Of a DNA stretch of 64,000 bases, positions 56,301-64,000 are shown piece after piece. A program made the translations under genes and the position numbers. Each line of letters starts with the position of its first letter. The stretch's first letter is position 1. Source of the stretch: the human T2T-CHM13v2.0 reference genome, Homo sapiens; NCBI RefSeq assembly GCF_009914755.1, contig NC_060948.1; one strand, written 5' to 3'. The notes under the pieces are model-generated. The model ran no database searches and had not been told where the DNA came from. It saw only the letters and a program-made list of their open reading frames with translations.

Positions 56301-59023
56301 TTCTGGAAGTGAATGGACTCCAATGGAATGGATTCAAAAGGAATGGAATCGTACGGAATGGAATCTAATGGAATGGAATTAAATGGAAATGAATCAAATT
56401 GAATAGCACGGAATTGAATTGAATGGAATGGAATGCAATGGAATCTAATGAAACGGAAAGGAAAGGAATGGAATGGAATGGAATGGGCTGGAATGGAAAG
56501 GAATCGAAACGAATGGAATGGAATCGAACTGAAGAGACTGGAATGGAATGCACTGGAATGGAAGGGAGTGTAATGGAAGGTTCTCGAAAAAAATGGAATG
56601 GAATGGAATGGAATTGAATGGAACGGAATAGAGTCGAATGGAATTGAATGGAATGGAATGGACTAGAGTGAAATGGAATCGAACCACAAGGAATGGACAG
56701 GAATAGAATGGTCTCGAATTGAATGGAATCGTATGGAATGGCATCAAACGGAATGGAATGGACAGCCACGGAATGGAATGCACTCGAATGCAATGGAGTC
56801 GAAACTAATGGACTGGAATAGAATGGACTCGACTGGTACGGACTCCAATGGAATGGAATCGAATGGAAGGGAATCGAACGGAATGGACTCGAAGGGAAAA
56901 GACTGCAATGGAAAGGTCTCGAATGGAATGGAAATTAATGGAATGGAATGGAATCGAATGAAATGGAGTCAAAAGGAATGGAATCGAATGGCAAGAAATC
57001 GAATGTAATGGAATCGCAAGGAATTGATGTGAACGGAACGGAATGGAATGGAATCCAAAGGAATGGAATAGAATGGAATGGAATCGAATGGAAAGGACTC
57101 GAATGGCAATCACTCGAATAGAATGCAATTTAATAAAATAGGATCAAATGTAATGGAATGGAATGGAAAGGAATCGAAACGAAAGGAATGGAGACAGATG
57201 GAATGGAATGGAACAGAGAGCAATGGTATAGAATGGAATGGAATCATCTGGAATGGAATTGAATGGAATGGAATAATATGAAATGGAATGGAATGGAATG
57301 GAATGGAATGGAATGGAATGCCCTTGAATTAAATGGACTGGAATGGAATGGACTCGAACAGAGTGGAATGGAAAGTGTTGAGATAGAATGGAATGGACTC
57401 CTTTGGAATGGTCTAGTATGCAATGCAATCGACTGGCAGGGAATCAAAAGGAATGTAATCGAATGGATTGGACTGGAATGCAATGGACTCGAATAGATTG
57501 GAAACGGAATGCAAAGGAATGGAATGGAATAGTATGGAATGGAATGGAAAGGAATGGAGTGGAATAGACTAGAGTGGAATGGAATGGACTGGAAAGCAAT
57601 GGACTGGAATGGAACTTTCTTGAATGGACTGCAATCAAACGGAATGGAATGCAATGCAATCAAATGGCATGGAATAAAATAGAATGAAAGAGAATCAAAT
57701 GGAATTGAATCGAATGGAATCGAATGGATTGGAAAGGAATAGAATGGAATGGAATGGAATGGACTCAAATGGAATGGACTAGAATGGAATGGATTCGAAT
57801 GGAAGGCAAAGGAATGGAATCTATTGGAATGGACTGTAATGGAATGGAATGGAAGGGATTGGAATGGACTCGAATGGAATGGACTGCAATAGAAAGGATT
57901 CGAATGGAATGAAAAAGAATTGAATGGAATAGAACAGAATGGAATCAAATCGAATGAAATGGAATGGAATAGAAAGGAATGGAATGAAATGGAATGGAAA
58001 GGATTCGAATGGAATGCAATCGAATGGAATGGAATCGAACGGAATGGAATAAAATGGAAGAAAACTGGCAAGAAATGGAATCGAAATGAATGGAGTGTTA
58101 TGGAACGGACTCAAAAGGAATTGAATGTAATAGAATGGAGTGGAGTGGACTCGAATATAATGGACTGGAATGGAATGAAATCACATGGAATGGGAACGAA
58201 TGGAATGGAATGGAAAGGAATGGAATCGAATGGAAAGGAATCGAATGGAAGGGAATGAAATTGAATCAACAGGAATGGAAGGGAATAGAATAGACGGTAA
58301 TGGAATGGACTCGAATAGAATGGACACGAATGCTCAAATTGAATGGACTCGAATGGAATGGAAACGAAAGGAATGTCATCGAATGGAATTGAATCGATTG
58401 GAATGAAATCGCATAGAATGGAGTGGAATCAAATGGAATTGAATCGAAAGGAAAGGAAGCGAATGGACTGAAATGAAATGGAATGGAATTGAATGGAAAG
58501 TAATGCAATGGAATAGAATGGAACGAAATTTCACGGAATGGAATCAAACTGAATGGAATCAAATCAATGGAATCTAATCAAATGGAATGGAAAGGAATTG
58601 AATGGAGTAGATTGGATTGGATGGGATTGGAATGAAATGTACTGGAAAGGACTCGAATTTCATGAAACGGAATGGAATGAATTGGAACGGAATGGACTCG
58701 AATGGAATGGAATGTCATGGAATGGCATCAAATGGAATGGCATCAAATGGAATGGAATCGAATGCAATGGAATGCTATGGAATGGAATGGAATGCATTGG
58801 AATGGAATGTCCTCTAATGGAATGGATTCGAGTGGAATGGAATCGAATATAATGGAGTCGAATGAAATGGAATTGAAAGGAATGGGATCGAATACAATGG
58901 AATATACTGGAATGTAATGTAATGAACTCGAATGTAATTGACTGGAATGGAATGTACATGAATGGAAGGTAATCGAATGGAAAGTAATCCAATGGAATAG
59001 AATCTAATGCAATAAAACCGACT
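53384..59023 (+). repeat. Composite DYZ1 repeat (5640 bp): 3'-truncated unit 16 fused to 5'-truncated unit 17
   Basis: No CAGATAGAGTAG landmark between 53384 and 59024; junction at 55771-55783 joins TCTATTGGAATGGACTGTAAT directly to TTGAATGGAATGGGAACGAATGGAGTG; GGCC spacing 2061. Confidence 0.93.
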
Positions 59024-62000
59024 CAGATAGAGTAGAATGTAATGGAATGGAGTGCAGTGCAATGGAATGGAATGGAATTGAATGCAATGGAATGGAATGG
59101 AATGGAATGGAATGGAATGGAATGGAATGGAATGGAATGGAATGGGATGGAATGGTATGGAATGGATAGTAATGGACTGGAGTGAAATGGACTGGAAAGG
59201 AATGGACTCAAATTGAAAGGGCTCGAAAGGAATGGAGTCAAATGGAATGGTCTGGAATGGAATGAACACGAATGTAATGCAATCCAATAGAATGGAATCG
59301 AATGGCATGGAATATAAAGAAATGGATTCGAAGAGAATGGAAACAAATGGAATGGAATTGAATGGAATGGAATTGAATGGAATGGGAACGAATGGAGTGA
59401 AATTGTATGCAGTAGAAGGGAATAGAAAGGAATGTAAGCGAAAGGAAAGGAATGGATTGGAATGGAATGGAATTCATTGGAATGGAAGGGAATGTAGTGT
59501 AATGGACAGGCCTGGAATAAAGTGGAATGCTACTGTCTCGAATGGAATAAAAATGTATGGAATGGAATGCAATGAAATGGAATCGAATGTCATAGAATGT
59601 AATGGAATGCAACAAAATGGAATCCAATATCATTGACTGGAAAGGCTGGGTGTCGAAAGGAATTGACTCCAATGGAATGGAATCGAATGGAATGGAAGTG
59701 AATAGAATCGAACTAAATCGAATGGAATGGAATTGATAGGAACGGAATGGAAAGGAATGCAATGATTTGGCATGGAATGGAATCGAATGGCATCGAATGG
59801 AATGGAATGGAATGCAATGGAATGGAATGTATTAGAATGGAATGAACTTTAATGGAATGTACTCGAATGGATTCGACTGGAATGGAATGTTCTGGAAGTG
59901 AATGGACTCCAATGGAATGGATTCAAAAGGAATGGAATCGTACGGAATGGAATCTAATGGAATGGAATTAAATGGAAATGAATCAAATTGAATAGCACGG
60001 AATTGAATTGAATGGCATGGAATGCAATGGAATCTAATGAAACGGAAAGGAAAGGAATGGAATGGAATGGAAAGGGCTGGAATGGAAAGGAATCGAAACG
60101 AATGGAATGGAATCGAACTGAAGAGACTGGAATGGAATGCACTGGAATGGAAGGGAGTGTAATGGAAGGTTCTCGAAAAAAATGGAATCGAATGGAATGG
60201 AATTGAATGGAACGGAATAGAGTCGAATGGAATTGAATGGAATGGAATGGACTAGAGTGAAATGGAATCGAACCACAAGGAATGGAGAGGAATAGAATGG
60301 TCTCGAATTGAATGGAATCGTATGGAATGGCATCAAACGGAATGGAATGGACAGCCACGGAATGGAATGCACTCGAATGCAATGGAGTCGAAACTAATGG
60401 ACTGGAATAGAATGGACTCGACTGGTACGGACTCCAATGGAATGGAATCGAATGGAAGGGAATCGAACGGAATGGACTCGAAGGGAAAAGACTGCAATGG
60501 AAAGGTCTCGAATGGAATGGAAATTAATGGAATGGAATGGAATCGAATGAAATGGAGTCAAAAGGAATGGAATCGAATGGCAAGAAATCGAATGTAATGG
60601 AATCGCAAGGAATTGATGTGAACGGAACGGAATGGAATGGAATCCAAAGGAATGGAATAGAATGGAATGGAATCGAATGGAAAGGACTAGAATGGAAATC
60701 ACTCGAATAGAATGCAATTTAATAAAATAGGATCAAATGTAATGGAATGGAATGGAAAGGAATCGAAACGAAAGGAATGGAGACAGATGGAATGGAATGG
60801 AACAGAGAGCAATGGTATAGAATGGAATGGAATCATCTGGAATGGAATTGAATGGAATGGAATAATATGAAATGGAATGGAATAGAATGGAATGGAATGC
60901 CCTTGAATTAAATGGACTGGAATGGAATGGACTCGAACAGAGTGGAATGGAAAGTGTTGAGATAGAATGGAATGGACTCCTTTGGAATGGTCTAGTATGC
61001 AATGCAATCGACTGGCAGGGAATCAAAAGGAATGTAATGGAATGGATTGGACTGGAATGCAATGGACAGGAATAGATTGGAAACGGAATGCAAAGGAATG
61101 GAATGGAATAGTATGGAATGGAATGGAAAGGAATGGAGTGGAATAGACTAGAGTGGAATGCAATGGACTGGAAAGCAATGGACTGGAATGGAACTTTCTT
61201 GAATGGACTGGAATCAAACGGAATGGAATGCAATGCAATCAAATGGCATGGAATAAAATAGAATGAAAGAGAATCAAATGGAATTGAATCGAATGGAATC
61301 GAATGGATTGGAAAGGAATAGAATGGAATGGAATGGAATTCACTCAAATGGAATGGACTAGAATGGAATGGATTCGAATGGAAGGCAAAGGAATGGAATC
61401 TATTGGAATGGACTGTAATGGAATGGAATGGAATTGAATGGAATGGGAACGAATGGAGTGAAATTGTATGCAGTAGAAGGGAATAGAATGGAATGCAAGC
61501 AAAAGGAAAGGAATGGATTGGCATGGAATGGAATTCATTGGAATGGAAGGGAATGTAGTGTAATGGACAGGCCTGGAATAAAGTGGAATGCTACGGTCTC
61601 GAATGGAATAAAAATGTATGGAATGGAATGCAATGAAATGGAATCGAATGTCATAGAATGTAATGGAATGCAACAAAATGGAATCCAATATCATTGACTG
61701 GAAAGGCTGGGTGTTGAAAGGAATTGACTCCAATGGAATGGAATCGAATGGAATGGAAGTGAATAGAATCGAACTAAATCGAATGGAATGGAATTGATAG
61801 GAACGGAATGGAAAGGAATGCAATGATTTGGCATGGAATGGAATCGAATGGCATCGAATGGAATGGAATGGAATGCAATGGAATGGAATGTATTAGAATG
61901 TAATGAACTTTAATGGAATGTACTCGAATGGATTCGACTGGAATGGAATGTTCTGGAAGTGAATGGACTCCAATGGAATGGATTCAAAAGGAATGGAATC

Positions 62001-64000
62001 GTACGGAATGGAATCTAATGGAATGGAATTAAATGGAAATGAATCAAATTGAATAGCACGGAATTGAATTGAATGGAATGGAATGCAATGGAATCTAATG
62101 AAACGGAAAGGAAAGGAATGGAATGGAATGGAATGGGCTGGAATGGAAAGGAATCGAAACGAATGGAATGGAATCGAACTGAAGAGACTGGAATGGAATG
62201 CACTGGAATGGAAGGGAGTGTAATGGAAGGTTCTCGAAAAAAATGGAATGGAATGGAATGGAATTGAATGGAACGGAATAGAGTCGAATGGAATTGAATG
62301 GAATGGAATGGACTAGAGTGAAATGGAATCGAACCACAAGGAATGGACAGGAATAGAATGGTCTCGAATTGAATGGAATCGTATGGAATGGCATCAAACG
62401 GAATGGAATGGACAGCCACGGAATGGAATGCACTCGAATGCAATGGAGTCGAAACTAATGGACTGGAATAGAATGGACTCGACTGGTACGGACTCCAATG
62501 GAATGGAATCGAATGGAAGGGAATCGAACGGAATGGACTCGAAGGGAAAAGACTGCAATGGAAAGGTCTCGAATGGAATGGAAATTAATGGAATGGAATG
62601 GAATCGAATGAAATGGAGTCAAAAGGAATGGAATCGAATGGCAAGAAATCGAATGTAATGGAATCACAAGGAATTGATGTGAACGGAACGGAATGGAATG
62701 GAATCCAAAGGAATGGAATAGAATGGAATGGAATCGAATGGAAAGGACTCGAATGGCAATCACTCGAATAGAATGCAATTTAATAAAATAGGATCAAATG
62801 TAATGGAATGGAATGGAAAGGAATCGAAACGAAAGGAATGGAGACAGATGGAATGGAATGGAACAGAGAGCAATGGTATAGAATGGAATGGAATCATCTG
62901 GAATGGAATTGAATGGAATGGAATAATATGAAATGGAATGGAATGGAATGGAATGGAATGCCCTTGAATTAAATGGACTGGAATGGAATGGACTCGAACA
63001 GAGTGGAATGGAAAGTGTTGAGATAGAATGGAATGGACTCCTTTGGAATGGTCTAGTATGCAATGCAATCGACTGGCAGGGAATCAAAAGGAATGTAATC
63101 GAATGGATTGGACTGGAATGCAATGGACTCGAATAGATTGGAAACGGAATGCAAAGGAATGGAATGGAATAGTATGGAATGGAATGGAAAGGAATGGAGT
63201 GGAATAGACTAGAGTGGAATGGAATGGACTGGAAAGCAATGGACTGGAATGGAACTTTCTTGAATGGACTGGAATCAAACGGAATGGAATGCAATGCAAT
63301 CAAATGGCATGGAATAAAATAGAATGAAAGAGAATCAAATGGAATTGAATCGAATGGAATCGAATGGATTGGAAAGGAATAGAATGGAATGGAATAGAAT
63401 GGACTCAAATGGAATGGACTAGAATGGAATGGATTCGAATGGAAGGCAAAGGAATGGAATCTATTGGAATGGACTGTAATTGAATGGAATGGAAGGGATT
63501 GGAATGGACTCGAATAGAATGGACTGCAATAGAAAGGATTCGAATGGAATGAAAAAGAATTGAATGGAATAGAACAGAATGGAATCAAATCGAATGAAAT
63601 GGAATGGAATAGAAAGGAATGGAATGAAATGGAATGGAAAGGATTCGAATGGAATGCAATCGAATGGAATGGAATCGAACGGAATGGAATAAAATGGAAG
63701 AAAACTGGCAAGAAATGGAATCGAAATGAATGGAGTGTTATGGAACGGACTCAAAAGGAATTGAATGTAATAGAATGGAGTGGAGTGGACTCGAATATAA
63801 TGGACTGGAATGGAATGAAATCACATGGAATGGGAACGAATGGAATGGAATGGAAAGGAATGGAATCGAATGGAAAGGAATCGAATGGAAGGGAATGAAA
63901 TTGAATCAACAGGAATGGAAGGGAATAGAATAGACGGTAATGGAATGGACTCGAATAGAATGGACACGAATGCTCAAATTGAATGGACTCGAATGGAATG
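59024..64000 (+). repeat. Second composite DYZ1 repeat (units 18/19), runs off the window end
   Basis: Identical junction at 61421-61433; GGCC spacing 2061 (59509 to 61570). Confidence 0.93.

Larger units (their letters stand above)
1..64000 (+). repeat. DYZ1: Human Satellite 3 (GGAAT)n array, DYZ1-type ~3.56-kb higher-order repeat (Yq12 heterochromatin), uninterrupted and in one orientation
   Basis: Degenerate GGAAT pentamers throughout. Unique landmarks (CAGATAGAGTAG, GACAGGCCTGG, CAATTTAATAAAATAGG, GGAAGAAAAC) recur every ~3.55 kb. One GGCC per unit at 461, 4025, 7564, 11143, 14716, 18270, 21814, 25378, 28922, 32491, 36055, 39609, 43182, 46736, 50290, 53859, 55920, 59509, 61570. Three spacings equal the classical 3564-bp DYZ1 unit. 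Y assignment rests on unit size and structure, not on a database search. Confidence 0.96.

Noticed and set aside
55771-61433. Duplicated junction as a pure assembly artefact
   Set aside because: The two 5650-bp copies carry several distinguishing variants, which favours real duplication; this cannot be fully excluded without reads
199-63933. Hundreds of ORFs (MEWNG-type on plus, FHSIP-type on minus)
   Set aside because: These are direct translations of GGAAT/ATTCC pentamers, which contain no stop codon. They overlap in all frames, many lack real ATG starts, have no domain-like sequence and recur with each unit.
1-64000. CRISPR-like repeat/spacer array or other prokaryotic system
   Set aside because: No constant repeat with unique spacers, no cas-like ORFs; the sequence is a eukaryotic satellite
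1-64000. DYZ2/HSat1B (AT-rich plus Alu) block, transposon insertion or inversion
   Set aside because: No non-GGAAT segment, poly-A tail, Alu sequence or CATTC-strand switch was seen on reading the window
1-64000. HSat2 or autosomal HSat3 assignment
   Set aside because: It lacks the HSat2 CATTCGATTC/ATGATG-dominated pattern, and the ~3.56-kb single-HaeIII unit fits DYZ1

Overview
The whole 64-kb window is a single-orientation tandem array of degenerate GGAAT/CATTC pentamers (human Satellite 3) organised into ~3.56-kb higher-order units. Each unit has one HaeIII/StuI landmark (AGGCCT) and usually one EcoRI site. Hand-measured HaeIII spacings are 3564, 3539, 3579, 3573, 3554, 3544, 3564, 3544, 3569, 3564, 3554, 3573, 3554, 3554, 3569, 2061, 3589, 2061 bp. 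This matches DYZ1, the Yq12 heterochromatin satellite whose classical unit is 3564 bp. I see no credible genes, RNA genes, transposons, CRISPR arrays, DYZ2/Alu blocks or inversions, and all listed ORFs are pentamer-translation artefacts. I found no new protein-coding system. What is interesting is structural and regulatory: (i) a 1503-bp in-register deletion giving a 2061-bp short unit, itself duplicated as a 5650-bp composite; (ii) a ~7.1-kb dimer duplication and a 3569-bp monomer duplication; (iii) mosaic units sharing variants over 10-50 kb; (iv) three perfect nGAAn-nTTCn-nGAAn heat-shock elements at fixed positions in each unit, all kept in the short unit. All coordinates and variant comparisons were made by eye and need alignment to confirm.
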